DNA of 64,000 nucleotides from Selaginella moellendorffii (taxonomy: Eukaryota; Plantae; Lycopodiophyta). Where the stretch lies: contig NW_003314277.1 of NCBI RefSeq assembly GCF_000143415.4, positions 259,183 through 323,182 of the forward strand, written 5' to 3'. Made by a program: the position numbers and the translations under genes. Under the pieces are notes generated by a model. That model saw only the letters and a list, made by a program, of their open reading frames with translations, was not told the origin of the DNA and made no database searches. Below, piece by piece: positions 10,201 through 25,443 of this stretch (the first letter of the stretch is position 1; each line of letters opens with the position of its first letter).

Positions 10201-12043
10201 GTAGCTCCTCTGGCATGGTATCCTGGAATTGGTCCAGCACCTGCTGGATCACTAAAGGTACTTCTTCCGTTCTTGTCTTTTTGTCACTCTTCACCGAGAG
10301 TAAGCACAAAAAGGCTGCCTTAGTTCCTTTAGTGAGTTGTCCTCTCGTGGACACCAAGTTTAAGCATGACTCTTTGGCCTTGCTTTGCCCTACCTTTAGA
10401 TCCTGGGCTTCCACCCTAGATCTTCTTCCTTGGGCATTCGCCAATACCACAAGGTTCCTACCTTGTCCATGCAGGGCTACCACGAACCGATTAAACCAAT
10501 CTATTCCGAAGATCACGTCAAATCCCGCCATGTCCAAGACGGTGAAATCCATGTCCACTTTCCATGTCCCCACTTCGACTCTCGCTTGTCGAAGTATCTC
10601 ATCGGTGCTTTGGCTACCCTGAACAAACTCTATAGTCCTTGGTTCGCCTAGCCGCTGCACCGTTAGTCCGGCTTGCCGGACTATGTCTGCAGCCACAAAA
10701 TTATCCGAAGCACCCGTGTCAATAAGGATCTTAACAAAGCTACCTCCGAGCTTCCCTCGGAGGGCTAATAGATGTCGCGAACGACTCTCTACCAAAGTTT
10801 CTCGTGTAATGAGTAACTTTGAGTTAGGGACTGGATCACATACCTCAGTTTGGACTTCACCCGACTTGATGGCCATATTGGCTCTGGCCTTCTTCGGGTA
10901 GGGACATTCCCTCGAGAAGTGTCCCGCTTCGCCGCAGTTGTAGCATACGTTGTTGCCCACGCTGCTATACGACTTGACCTTCTTATCCGTGGGTTTGTCT
11001 TTTTTCGCTTGACTTCCCCACGTACTCGCTCGCTGGCCACCGGCTTTGCCTTTCCGGAACCCCGAGGACTCATTCTTAGAGAAACTCTTCTTGAATTTCC
11101 CCTTGCTATATGTTCCCCTCGGTTTGGCCCCTTTTTGAAACGTGGATCCCGACCCCGTCGTGTTCCCCTTTCGCAGGTTATCGTTGAAATGCACCTTGAT
11201 GGCCGCATCCAACGCTTCCTTGTAGTTGGTCGGGTTCCAGCGCATCACCTCACCGCGAGCCCAGGTTTGCAAACCTGATATAAAGGCATGGAACGCATCC
11301 ATATCCCCCATGTCCGTGACAAGTATCCTCTTTGCCATGAACCCATTCACATATTCCTGGATGGTTCCAGTCTGCTTCAGCCTACTCAACTCATCTCTCA
11401 GATGCAGAGTGGCATTCGGAGGAACGTATGTCGCGCGGATCCTCGCCTTCATCATGTCCCAGGTGGCCACCGGTCCTTCGTTGGCCTCCGTTGTTCTCCA
11501 CCAAGACTTGGCATTATCTGCCAAGTATGGTTTTGCACATGGGACCTTCTCCGAGCTCGGTAACCGCAACGCTCGGAAGTAGTCCTCCATATCGTAAAAC
11601 CAATCCTCCACTACCTTATAGTCGTTCACTCCCTTGAACACTGATGGGGGCTTTGGTTTGTACTTGGGAACTGTCTGAGGGACTGATTCCACTTCGGTCT
11701 GTTCGACCTTGTCTGGTTTTGCCTCAGTCCCTGCCGAAGGGTCCGCACCTTCTGCGCTGCCAGCATCCGCAGTCTTTCGCTTTTTCTTCCGCTTCTCGTC
11801 ACGCTTTAACTTGCGTACGAGAGTCTCCAGCAGGGCATTGGTCTGTGCCAACTGTCCTTCTAGCACGTCCAATCGAGCCTTGGACGACCGAATCTCGCCA
11901 CCGGACTTCTGTTTGGAAGTTTCCTCACTGGAGTCCTCCTCATGCAAGGATTCCTCATCCATTGCCTCTTGTTCAACCGGAGGCTCCAGCTCCGGCGGAG
12001 GTTCCGTCTCCGCCTGGGTTCGCTTACGCCCTGCCCTTGCCAT
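7271..12043 (-). CDS. gag-pol: Gag-Pol polyprotein in three segments (12043-8170, 8122-7705, 7652-7271); in-frame TAA at 8115-8117 in this copy
   Basis: CCHC knuckle [14 protein letters not shown], protease LIDTGAS, RT YIDD, RNase H DTDASD, integrase H-H-C-C plus [16 protein letters not shown] motif, and chromodomain [22 protein letters not shown]. Confidence 0.93.
7653..7704 (-). other. 52-nt GT-AG intron in the integrase C-terminal region
   Basis: AG|GTAAAA...TAAGCAG|G. Removal restores RKLTQR-FAGPY in frame. Confidence 0.8.
8123..8169 (-). other. 47-nt GT-AG intron in the integrase core
   Basis: AG|GTAATG...CACTAAC...TTGACAG|AC. Removal restores [16 protein letters not shown] (consensus STAYHPQTDGQTERVNR). 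Confidence 0.82.
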
Positions 12044-12087
12044 CTCCCAGCAATCCGCCTCTATCCTTCGCTAGAACTGAGATAAAG

Positions 12088-12099
12088 GCTCCGATACCA
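12088..12099 (-). other. Primer binding site (tRNA-iMet type)
   Basis: Minus strand TGGTATCGGAGC, 3 nt from the 5' LTR; one mismatch to TGGTATCAGAGC. Confidence 0.9.
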
Positions 12100-12102
12100 A
12101 AT

Positions 12103-13250
12103 TGTAAGCCACAAATTTTTCCTTTCCAATTTGCCAGCTTACCTCGTCTATCCGTCCAACACTGCCTTGGCGTTTGCTAAGTTCCCTTGCCAAGGTTCTC
12201 GCCTATGGTACCAGCTCCTACTTGGTTTCAGCTACTCACTGCACGAGCAACGGAGTGTTAGCCATCCTTCCACGGATTCCCAAATCACTCTCAATCCCCC
12301 TCCCCGGGTTAGACTGGACTTAAGGTTCGGCTACACTCCCCGCAAGCACAAGCAGCCAAGCACACCAAGCTTCCAGGTTCCTAACATCCCTTGGTACCAC
12401 AAGACTTGATCATGGGACCCTCTAAATCCCAAGTCTTGAGTGCAACACTTGCTTCGGGACGCCGGGGCGAAACACCGTGGCCTAACGGCCCGGTATGGGT
12501 ACCTCTCGCCCCCCACTTCCATCCCGAAGGAAGGCCCAAGCCCCTAGGAAGGGCGAGGACCAATGAGCCGCATGGTACTCAAGTGGGGCACCACTCCACA
12601 TGAGCCGGGAGCACTGCAATCGGTTTCCCTTTCGGGAGTGGGAGTTGCTCTTGAGCACTTCCTTGGATGGCCCCTCCGGCACCAGCCAAGTCCTTGCTCA
12701 CTCCCACCCAAGGCCCCTTAGTCCCAGTCCCAACCTCAAGTCGGTTTGGAAGCCCAACTGGAGAGTCCCTTCAAAACTGGTTCCTGGACCTCACTATCCC
12801 TACTATACTTTTGGAACCCCCTGCAGCCCCCCCCCCCTGGGGGATGCATGCTTTGGGCTTTCACCCCTTGACCCGTATTAGTATTTGGACTTAGTCTCTG
12901 GCTCGATCTCGGATCCGATTTCGGATCCGACTTCGGATTCGGTCTCGGACTCGATCGCGGACTCGATCTCGGACCCGATCTCGGGCCCGACCTCGGACTC
13001 GACTTCGGACTCGGTCTCGGACCCGATTTCGGATCTCGGACTCCGTCTCGAACTCGGTCTCGAACTCGGACTCGAACTCGGTCCCCGAGTCGGTCTTGGA
13101 CTCAATTCCGGACTCTATCTCGAACTCGGTCCTAGAGTCGGTCTTGGACTCGATCTTTGACTTGGTCCCATCCGATGAACTCTTTGTCATTTTGGTTATG
13201 CTTTCGGGGTTCCCTTAGCCTACGACACCTCGGCGAGTTGGTTCCTTACA
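12103..13250 (-). repeat. 5' LTR
   Basis: Adjacent to the PBS; near-identical to 5712-6859. Confidence 0.97.
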
Positions 13251-15313
13251 GTTCAACCATCACAATCGCATGCAATCTTAGAACCTGGGCTAGATGATTT
13301 ATTTTATCGTCACCAAGTTTTTGAAGCACTTGACTTGGAAGATATGACAGAGGTAATTCACTTATTAATTAAGATTTTGAAATATTTATAAAAATTTGAG
13401 CAGGAAAACATCCATCAAGATGTTTATCATGAGCAAGAAATTCAGTTGGAGACTACATTAGAGGTAAACTAACATATTTTATATACTAATATATATGAAT
13501 ATTGAGCAGGAAGATATCCATCAAAATATACAGCATCAACAAGAAATTCAACTAAGGACTACTATAGAGGTAATTTACACTAAGTAAATTTTAAATATTG
13601 ATATGAACTTTAAGCAGGAAGATATCACTCTATCAAAAGTTACAAAAACGACATTATAACAAAAGATGATGGATATTTTACAAGATCTTCTTGATGAAAA
13701 AGCTTTTTTATCTATGGTTGACAACGATTTTGAAATGATATAGTAGAAGGTTGCAACTTTTAAAGCCAGGCCAGATGATCTTATTCATCCTGCAGCAGAA
13801 TTTCAACAGCGTGTTGATAATTATGGTACATCCTTGAAGCGAGCAAAACCTTTGGTGGAAAGAATTACAGGTAAAAGAAAAGCTTCTAGTAGTCTAGAAG
13901 CAACTCCTTTTACTAGGCAGAGGAAGACAAGAAAGAAAAGCTCTTTAAATGAAAAACTCAATCTTAGCAAAGAATAAATAAAAAAACAAACTCTTTATAT
14001 ACTTACATTGCATATATTTAAATTAGTGAGAAGATTTCATACGTTTACCACTCTTAATGGTCATCGATGACACTCATTGGCCACGTAAAGCACGTCCACG
14101 CGCGCGCTGATTGAAATTTGGCTAAGTGTTGGGGCTGTGGCCACGTGGAAGTAATTTTAGGGCGCACGCTGGGCGCGGGGGCGGGTGGGAGTGCGGGCGG
14201 GTGGGGGTGTTTAACGGGAGGGGCCTCGCCCCCTCAGCGAGAGAACGCTTTCCTGCCGGGAATCACGGCGCTTTGAATGGAAGTCCCTGGAGGGCTTCTC
14301 CAACTTCACAGAATAGTCTTTGTAAGACTCCAAGAATGGGCATTTGCATGAATCACTGGAGCTGAATTGCGCAAAGAAGCGATGGTGAAGGTTTCTTATA
14401 GTGAAGGATCGATGGAGAATCTGGAGTACAGGAATTTAGAGAATGCGCGCTGCAAGCTATTTTGACGGCTGATGCATTGCTATCGTTTTGTAGCTCTATT
14501 TTCAAAACACGAAGCTTTTCCATTCAGATTTAGATTCTGAGGAGAAAGACCTTCCAGCGAAGAGATTGCTGATGCTGAGAATCAATAGCTGAAAAACTCA
14601 ATGAGAACGAATAGAAAGAGAAAAAAACTGGCTTACCTGGAGAACAAGGGGAAATCTTCGATCTTCTTGACAAAAACGTTAAGTCCTCGACGATGCTCCA
14701 CCTCAACCGACATGAGCGTGGATGGGAGCGTTGAACGGCATGTCCTCACCGTTTGACAGCGTTGACTATTGGCCACAGAAATTGATTGCCCCGGCATTGA
14801 GCTTAAGAATGTGAAGATTAGATATTGATTTATTTGACTTCATATCAACTTTTCTTTTAGCAACAGTTATTACAACACAGTAAAATATTTTAATGGCCAA
14901 AATTCATTGTGATAAAATTAAAAACCTTTTTTTATTTAATAATAATAATAATTATTATTATTAATACATATTCTAGCTTGGAAAGACTAGGTAAGCTTAA
15001 TTACGTGGCTGCTGACTGGTATGACTAGGACATTGACGTGTACGGCAATGTAAATGCTCCGCTAAGGACACGGCCCTTCAAGAATTAGAGTGAAAAACTT
15101 TGTGGGACAGAGGAACCCTAGGGGCGGCAGAAGCTGCCGGGGAAGCGCCAGGAGAATTGTGTGGCGGCACGCACGCTCTTGGCTTGTGCGTAGCTGGATT
15201 GCTTCCCTCTGGATGGAAGGTGCGCCGCGATCGCGTTTGTGGATTCTAGATTGTCTGACGAGATTTCGGTCCAGGTACGCCATCGCTGCGGATTTGAGTG
15301 TGGCGAGCGAGCG

Positions 15314-18052
15314 ATGCCGCAGCGCCTCCCTTTCAATGAGGCTGCCGCCGCGGTGGAGAATCAAGAGGAGAGCACCAGCCCCCGGAGCGAGAGGCAGGAT
15401 GAGAGGAGCAAGTGGAGGCTGCGAGGATTGCTGTGGAGAATGCAACTCGGTGTTCTTCCCTGCCGCTGCGATTCCGTGGATTCCTTGCGTAGGGCTGCCG
15501 CCGATGGACGCCGGAGGTGAGTGATGAGTTCTTCCCTTGTACTGCGCTCTTTTTCATTGTCTAGCTTAAAATATAGGTAGGGGGCTTTTGTCAGTGTGGT
15601 TTTTCATCCCTCTCGACTTTGCTTTCGCAGGTACGCAGATCTACGAAGGCGATTGTTGGTCGATCCGCATCTCATGGAGGAGGGCCAGAAGCCACCCGAC
15701 GTCAGCATGGATAATCCACTTTCTTTAGATCCTGGTGAGAGCTGGAGAAGTGCATGAGTCAATGGATTGGCAAGATTTGTGGAACTGTAAGATTTTTTTT
15801 TCTTGTTGTTCTTGCTGAGGAATTTAGCTCTAGAGAAGAAGGCGGTCCCTCCCAACTAGCTAGCTTTATCTGTGTGTGTCATACGTTCTTGTCTTATGTG
15901 TGGTTATTTTCTTTTGTTCTTACTGAGCGAGTGTCTTTGTCTTGGCAGACAGTGTGTGGGGCAAGTATTTCAGAAACGCTGAGATCGAGCGTGTGATCGA
16001 CAAGGATCTTTCTCGGTTATACCCGGAGCATGGTAGCTTTTTTCAAGGCTCTGGCTGCCAGGCTATGTTCCGGAGAATTCTTTTAGTATGGGCTTTGATC
16101 CATCCGCAGTTGAGCTACCGGCAAGGTAATGCATTTCCTTTCCTCTCTATTGTTTTCTTATTGTGTTTTTCTAGGAATGCATGAACTGCTGGCTCCACTG
16201 CTTTACGCACTTCACGTCGATGTCATGCAGCTATCGCAAATCAAGAAGCGGTACGAGGACCTGTTCGACGACAGGTTTGATGAAGACGGAGAATACAAGT
16301 CGTCAAGAATGAAATCACCTTTCGATCTTTCTGAGGCTGAAGACTCACAGGGGGTGAATGGTTATCAGGACAGTCAGGGGATCTTCGAGCACGATGAGTT
16401 GAACGTCGATCTCAAGGTCATCGTCAAGGGTAGTGATAGTTATGGAGCAGAAGGAGAGCTCGGGGCCTTGTTTGCGGCGAGGTTTATGGAACATGACGCT
16501 TACTGCATGTTCGATGCGTTGCTGGGTGGTCGGGGCGGCGCGGTTCGTATGATCGACTACTTTGTTACGTCAGGTGTTCCAGATGCATCATCGGCTCTTT
16601 ACCGCACCTTAGCCGCTGCCGACATCGCTCTCTACACGCAGCTTGTGGCACTTGGCGTCCAACCTCAGTACTTTGCTCTTCGATGGCTTCGGCTACTTTT
16701 TGGACGCGAGTTTGGCCTGGAGGATTTGCTTCTGGTCTGGGATGCCATTTTTGCTGCATCCAATGAGGCTATTCTCCCGCCTGGTGACTCCGCAGCGGAC
16801 GGCAGCCTTTCGTCGAGAAGTGCAATCATCTCTGCGATTGCGGTGTCACTTTTGCTTCACTCTCGTGCTGCTCTACTCGCTGCTCCCGACGCCACCGGAT
16901 GTTTGGAAAGGCTTTTAAACTCACCTCACATTCAAGACGTCAGGAAATTTTTGGAGAATGCCAAGAGTCTGCAGCACTTAGCACTGGAAACAGCTGGGAC
17001 TCCCCTTCCTGCGGTGGCAAAGGTCGGCAGGACTACAAAGTCTCCACAAAAGAGTGCCAAGTCTGGCATTTTGCGGCAGGGATCAGCAGGCTGTTCGCCA
17101 GAGCTGCTGAAGATGTTTCTGGCAGAAGGATATTGGGAAGAAAAGTGGAAGACTTCGGTCCTTCAAAGAACTAGTATTGAGGACGTGAGACCAGCTTCTC
17201 GAACAACAGAACAGCCAAAGGGATCAACTTCCAATGGTCCAAGTGAAAATACTAGAGAAAGAACCGAGACGGTAACTCCGCCAAAGCCCAGCTCAAATGG
17301 CTCCAGGGTCCAAGCTCATAGTAAACATCTGGACAACGAACACGGTGACGCCAAGGGGCCTGTCGAGGAGGCTGTGAAGTCTGAGTCTTCGGATGGCGAA
17401 GAAGCCATGCAGAGGAACGTTGGTCTAGTCGCTCCTGCTTCGAATGCCGGATCATCGGATGGTGAGACACCGGATGTTGTTCCTGTGAAGGATGCTGTTG
17501 CTTCCACATCAAATGCTCCATTGGCAGAAGCAGTGCCGCCACAGGACGACGTTGATAAAATAGCTGGCCGATCGAGCGAGAAAGAAGGCGGCGTAAGCAA
17601 CACCAATGGTGACGAGGTTGTCATTGTTGATGACCCTCTCGGTGTAAGCTCCAGCGCAAGGCTGCGCATTCCAAGGACTCCACCAAGGAAGAGCGGCTCC
17701 TCGTCCGAGGAGGAACCCGGCAGCAGCACGAGCTCGTCGCCGTTTACTGCTCTCAGGAAGATTTCGATGAAGAGAGACGAAGTAGGGGACTCTCCGAGGA
17801 GACCAAAGGGCCCCGTGGCGTTGCAGTCGCTCGGCCAGTCGATGATGGAACACATCCAGGTAAAACTCTCACATTTCTTCGCGATGTTTTAAGTTGCTTT
17901 GTTTCCTACAGGTGTTGGAAGGTGTGCTGTCCCAGAAAGTGAGAGAAGGCGAGCAAATCTCCAAGGCCATCATCGGTGGCAAGGGCCACGTTTCGGCAAT
18001 GGTGGCATTGGCAGAGCTACGCAAGATAAGCAACGCCCTCCTTCAGATGTGA
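15314..18052 (+). CDS. TBC-domain Rab GTPase-activating protein (TBC1D5-like), 5 exons (~15314-15516, 15631-15734, 15949-16125, 16175-17859, 17912-18052)
   Basis: LRGLLWRMQLGVLP, DNPLS, IDKDLSRLYPE, YRQGMHELLAPL, QYFALRWLRLLFGREF; canonical splice sites. Confidence 0.9.
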
Positions 18053-18514
18053 GATGGTGGAGGCTACTGTAAATAACAGCGAAGTATGGATCGATTCATT
18101 TGACGACGAACGAGAGAGCTCATCTGGTGGGATTGTTTGCTTTGATTCATTCAAACGCCCACTAATTCGCAGTTCTTGTAGGTAGGCCCGAGAGAGTGCT
18201 TGTTATTTCTTTACTACGAGAGCTTCCCTGTTTAGTTGATGAGGTATGGCTTCCTTTCAATCAAATTTTCGCAGGGAAATAACAACCTTTCATTGTCAAA
18301 ACGATTAGAATGAAAAAGGACAAACAAGTAACGAAGAAGCCGATATGGAGAAGTGATTGGATATAGCCGCGTAGCCGAGAGAAGAGGAGAGGGAGGAGAG
18401 AGAAGAACACCTCTCTCTCCATTCTCTCCTCTCTCCAAACTTGACGATGGTGGTGATGATCTTGGAAGTGTGGAGACGCTTGGATCTTTCACTGTAAAAG
18501 TTGAGCGAGAGCTC

Positions 18515-21257
18515 TCACTGGAGGTGATGATCCTCGATGCCTTTGAGCGAGCCTCCAGATCGGTTGCGATGGTGGTGGGCATGGTGATGATGCTGGTGCT
18601 GGTGGTGATGCTGGTGGTGATGGTGATGCCGGAGGCCATCCGCCGCCGCGAGATGCCGGCTGCTTGAGTCCCCGGCACTGAAGAAATCCGAGTCGCGGTC
18701 GGGGGAGTTGTACTGCGAGATGGACTCCGAGTTGCTCTCCTCGGTGGAGTTCCCGCCGATGGCACCACCACCATTGCTGCGAGGCGGCGGCGGCGCCGAC
18801 CATCCCATACTCACGTGCTTGAGAATGCTGGCCTCGATCTTCGAGTTCGCGGCGGCGGCGCTGTTAAACCGGGCCTTGCCACCACCACCACCACCTGGAT
18901 TCGCCGCCACCCACGGGGGCGGCTTTGCGGTCACGCTCCTCACCGTGCTCCTGTTCATGAAGGTGGAGCTCTGCTTGAGGCGGCTCCATGCGTGAGCCAG
19001 CCTCCGGCCGTGCTCGCTATCGTCGGCGCTCTCTCCACCGGATGCGTCGTAGCCATCGCTCACGGACCTCTGGAGCCACGGCCGAGAGAAGCTCGTCGCT
19101 GGTGGCGAGGACGTCCCATGGACGCCAGTTGTGGTTGATGCTGCCACGAGATCTGGTGGTATTGCTGCTGGTGCTACTTCTCCCGCGACCAGGTAGCTCT
19201 CGCTCTCGTCCGGCGAGAGGAGCGACGTGGAAGGCACGATCGCGGAGCTCCCTGGAGTGCTTGGCAAGAACGCGCTCCTGGCCTCCAGCTGCAGTGGTGC
19301 CACCGAGTCATCGCTCCCCAGGCTCTTCTTGGTGCTGTGATGCTTTGGAACTCCGCCACCTTCCGCCACGGACGATGGGAGTTTCTGCTTTTCCCAGTGC
19401 TGCTTCGATGATCTGCTGCTGCCGCTGGTGTCCTTGGCGATCGCCGGGGATATGTCGCGCTTTCTCTTCGTCTTTCGGCTCGATGGGAGTGGGACTATCT
19501 CGGCACCTGGACTCCTGCCGAAACTTTCCGGGCTGCTGTCCGTCTCGGTTATGATCGAGGCGTCGTTCCCCACGGGCTTCAACACCGAGGACTTCTCTCG
19601 AGCTCGCTCTGCTGCTTTCGAGGCGTCTTCTGCGTTTAAACGGGCTAGCTTCCAGGGGCTGATCTTGACTGGCTTCTTCGCCTTCTTTCCGGCCTCGTCC
19701 TTCTTCAGAGGCAGCGGGACAATCTCCTTGCTGCCGCTCTCGATGTCGCCGCCTAGAGGATCTTTCACAAGCGTGTCCTAAGTTCACAAACGTCAGCTTG
19801 GCGCTCACATAGAGATGTAAAGAAGCGAGCTTACCTGATGCTCCACCAGCAATCTTGGTGGAGTACACCATGGCCTCCTTTGCAAAGCTCCGAGAGAACT
19901 TACGTTGCTAACGGCGGTTGCAACCGAGCTTACAGGCGAAGACTGCAAGCTGTGCATGTCACCTTGTAGTTGATCCCGCTCCCTCATTGCGACAATATAA
20001 TCATATGTACTGATTCCCTGTACCACGTAGTCATGTCAACTTTGTAGCTGTTCGGAAGGATTCTAGGAAGAACATACCTTGTGAATCAGTATGAGATGAA
20101 AGAAGAAAAGTTGCCCGAGAGGAAATGTTGCCAATAACGCCAGAACTGTACAGAGACCCTGGTTTCACTTTTCGTTAGTCAAGTCGAGAAAAACATTGCT
20201 GGCATTGTTGGCCTACCACTACAACGACAAACGGCACGATAGAGAAACTGCTTCCCAGCTTCGAAACAATATTGTCTTGAAACTCCTTACGATTGAGCAT
20301 GCACCTGACGATCACGAAAACTCCTACTGACCACTGCAAAATTAGCTGTCCGAGATACACACGGTTGTAAGCTTTGAGACAATCCATCAGAAAAAACAAC
20401 TACTCACCAGCAGCAAACCGGACACCATCAAGGACACAAAGGTTCTGTAGTTCTTCTTTCCAATGCAATTGTTTATCCACTGCATACCAGCCACATTCTA
20501 GAACACGTAACATAAACAAAACAAGAGCTTACTCTGCAATGGTGATCGAATCCATCGACGCACTTGTCACAGGCACGGCAGTGTTTGCTGAACTTGAAAA
20601 TCTGCAGGACACAAAATCAGGATCGCCACACTGGATTTTAGGCTAGAACTTTCACTGGCCTGAATGACTTAGTGTACCTCTGCTTCGCATAAGCTACAAT
20701 AAAGCAAGTCCTCCTGATGTCTGGATCGCTCTGCGTTCCTCCTCCACGAACAGCATATCAGCCTCTTCAAGCCCACGGCAAGACATCCAAACGGAGCACA
20801 GAAGCCGAGTGCATTATCCCCTGCATTGCTGGAGGCCGAGACATCAAGGCTCTTCTTGTTGTGCTCCTTGGAAAAAGACAGTGAGGTACTGCTCGACTTG
20901 TTGGAACCACCTTTTCCATACAGCTTATGCTTCTCGATACCGGGATCAGCTGGATTGGCGGCTGCACAGCGAATGTACAAGGCAAAAACCAGAATGACCT
21001 GCACAAGGAGTTGTGTTTTCTCGAAAACCCAAAGAAAAGGAGCCATTTTTACCAATGGAGAGAAGATAGCGATGACATGGTACTCGAGGACCTTGCTACC
21101 AAGAAAAGGGATGAAGAAAACGTAGAACGCGAATGCTAGAGACACGAACACTGCAATAGCTACCACCTAGAGGCTAGACATCAGCAAAAAACCATAAAAA
21201 AAACGCAATTTTTACCTGCAGAGGATGGTAAGGAAGCTCCCACCCGTGGTGTCGCAT
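18515..21257 (-). CDS. DHHC protein S-acyltransferase (PAT19-22 clade) with a long low-complexity C-tail, multi-exon
   Basis: [14 protein letters not shown] start, [48 protein letters not shown]. Confidence 0.92.
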
Positions 21258-23086
21258 CTTGCCTATGTTCTCGTGCTCTAGAATCTGTGCACCCTCAGAC
21301 CCAAATTCCTGGCCTTCACTGTCTTCCCAAACAATGTAGCTTGTTTTCCCATGACCCACTGCTTCGCCTGCTCTACGCTACTCTGCCTCCCAAGAACATG
21401 GCCTTGCTCAGCTTGAGAGACTTCAGCTCTAGAACTTCCAAGCCGCCGCTTCATTCCAGCAAGAAGCAGAGGATGAATGCCGAGATTCCGAGATTTCCCC
21501 CCTCCATTCCGCTCTATCTAATCATCTTCCAGCGAGCGGAGTCCAGCTCCACACACCCTTTTCCCTGCTCGGCCATAGCCATCCCCCTGTGAGAGCGCCC
21601 GCTCTGCTACTGCTGTAGAGTTCCACCGCATTGCCTTCATTGGCCTTTGTCTTTCTTGCTTGGACTCAGCCCGTCGCTGCCCGTCACCACACGCGCGTCG
21701 ACGGCGGACGTGCGTGGCACGACCCAGGCCGTTAGATTGCCATGCGCATCAGAGCTTAGCCTTAGCCGTGATATTTGCAGGAATCCCAGCGCTCGGCCCT
21801 TGGCCTCTTTTTTTCTAAATCGCCGGAAGCATCGTCTTCTACTTCTTGTCGGGCTCGCTCTCCATTTCGAGCATTATTTCACCTCGTTACTTGCCCCGAG
21901 TGATTTGTAGAGTGAACTCCCAGTTCAAGTCAACAACATGATAAAATTTTTTAAAACCAACTTATCTCGTTTGAAGGAGTGAAGTTGAGTGACACACGAT
22001 CCCCCCACCACTCGTAAATGTTCCTGCGACTTTCTGCAAACGTTTGTTAATTGTCGTGCTTCCCCCTCCCCCTCTCCCTGATATGCGCGATGAAAAAGGT
22101 TAAAGATCTACGCAATCGAACTAAATGCCGCGATGCCGAAGCTCTACCAACTCGGAAAGAAGGGACACGCTACTTGCAACTTTGCACTTCATCGCTAACA
22201 AAGATCCTGGCAACCAGCATGCATTAACGAGTGGATCCACAGGCTGAATGAGACAGCCAGATTTGCTTAGATAGGAAAGCAAAACAGGAATCACTAGAAA
22301 TCCAAACAGCGTCAAAACAGTACCTGTTTACGACGAGTAATGCAGGAAGGACCACCCATCAGCTCTCTTAAATGGCGACCAAACTCACTTTCCCTGACAC
22401 GCTCACGTGAATTGCCTTTCAAAGGGCTGCACCATGGTCAGTATCAAACTGAAAACCAGAAACTACAGCACACAGCTAAAGCAATGACTTGCAAACTTAC
22501 ACGACAGTTACTATACACACTTTTCCCAGCCTCTCGTCGCCTTAGCACTGCGCAAAAGCACACATAACAGATCAATGATCCAGTTGGAAATCTAGCTACA
22601 CAAAACTAGAACAGCTCGTCGTCGAGACTCACCGGGTTGTCTTCATATTCTCTGGTGGTGAGCTAAGAGTTAACCATATCAAACAAGAAAAACCTTCAGG
22701 TTCCCATGTGCATCCCTTTCGCTTTAGCAACGAGCATGGTCCAGACAGGCCTAGTAATGGCGCAGATACTGCAAATATCACACAGTCAGTCATCAACTCA
22801 AAATGGTGAGCGGGAACCTTTTAAATTTGCATATGTGAACACTGCTCGCTCGCCATTGTCGATCTATAGAGCTTATAACCTGTGCAAGAGACAAATGATA
22901 ATGTAAGATAGGAAAGAAACAATAGTTTAAAATTTCGTACCAGGAATAATATCTGTTGCAACTGTTGTCAGATCTTGCAAGGACGGAAGAACAAAGAAAG
23001 AATGGAAACAGCAGAGCAGTAGATATTACACTGATATTATTTACAAACAGACGATAGATCGAACGGAAAAATCATTGCAAGCTAGC

Positions 23087-25276
<2,190 letters not shown>

Positions 25277-25443
25277 TCAAGAAGGCCATGCGCGCTCTTC
25301 CTCTTTGATTTTTTAAAGGCTCGCCGGTTATCTAAGTGTTCACTGTTTGTCTTTCCAGCGAATATCGCATATTCTACTGCTATTTGCGTGAAGATTCGTG
25401 TAACGTTTAGAGTAAGAAGCGAGCAATAGCAATAGCCCAGCCA

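Larger units (their letters stand above)
5712..13250 (-). mobile_element. Full-length Ty3/Gypsy chromovirus LTR retrotransposon
   Basis: Two 1148-bp TG...CA LTRs (5712-6859, 12103-13250) with about 7 substitutions spotted by eye. 5-bp TSD GTTCA (5707-5711, 13251-13255). PBS, PPT and gag-PR-RT-RH-INT-chromodomain order. Confidence 0.97.
3559..13977 (+). pseudogene. Multi-exon MULE/SWIM transposase-like gene with stops, split by the LTR element at 5712-13250 (end coordinate approximate)
   Basis: Motifs KRGCLCNFLVK*..HCDKNGIPCHG, YRLHENDAQSVRIW, FTIGIQTTWQLQKM..LSLDTTFGTN, IPIAWVLT, IMIDDAEA, LLCIWHVRRNW and SWIM-like CNYLWAIKGNFCKHQ. Short AT-rich GT-AG introns. Confidence 0.8.
3207..14217 (+). 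mobile_element. Mutator-like (MULE) DNA transposon interrupted by a Gypsy insertion
   Basis: Terminal CCGTTAAACACC / GGTGTTTAACGG. A 100-bp perfect inverted repeat at 3383-3482 vs 14102-14201. Imperfect 10-bp TSD GATGCGCCTC (3197-3206) / GAGGGGCCTC (14218-14227). Internal transposase gene. Confidence 0.8.
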
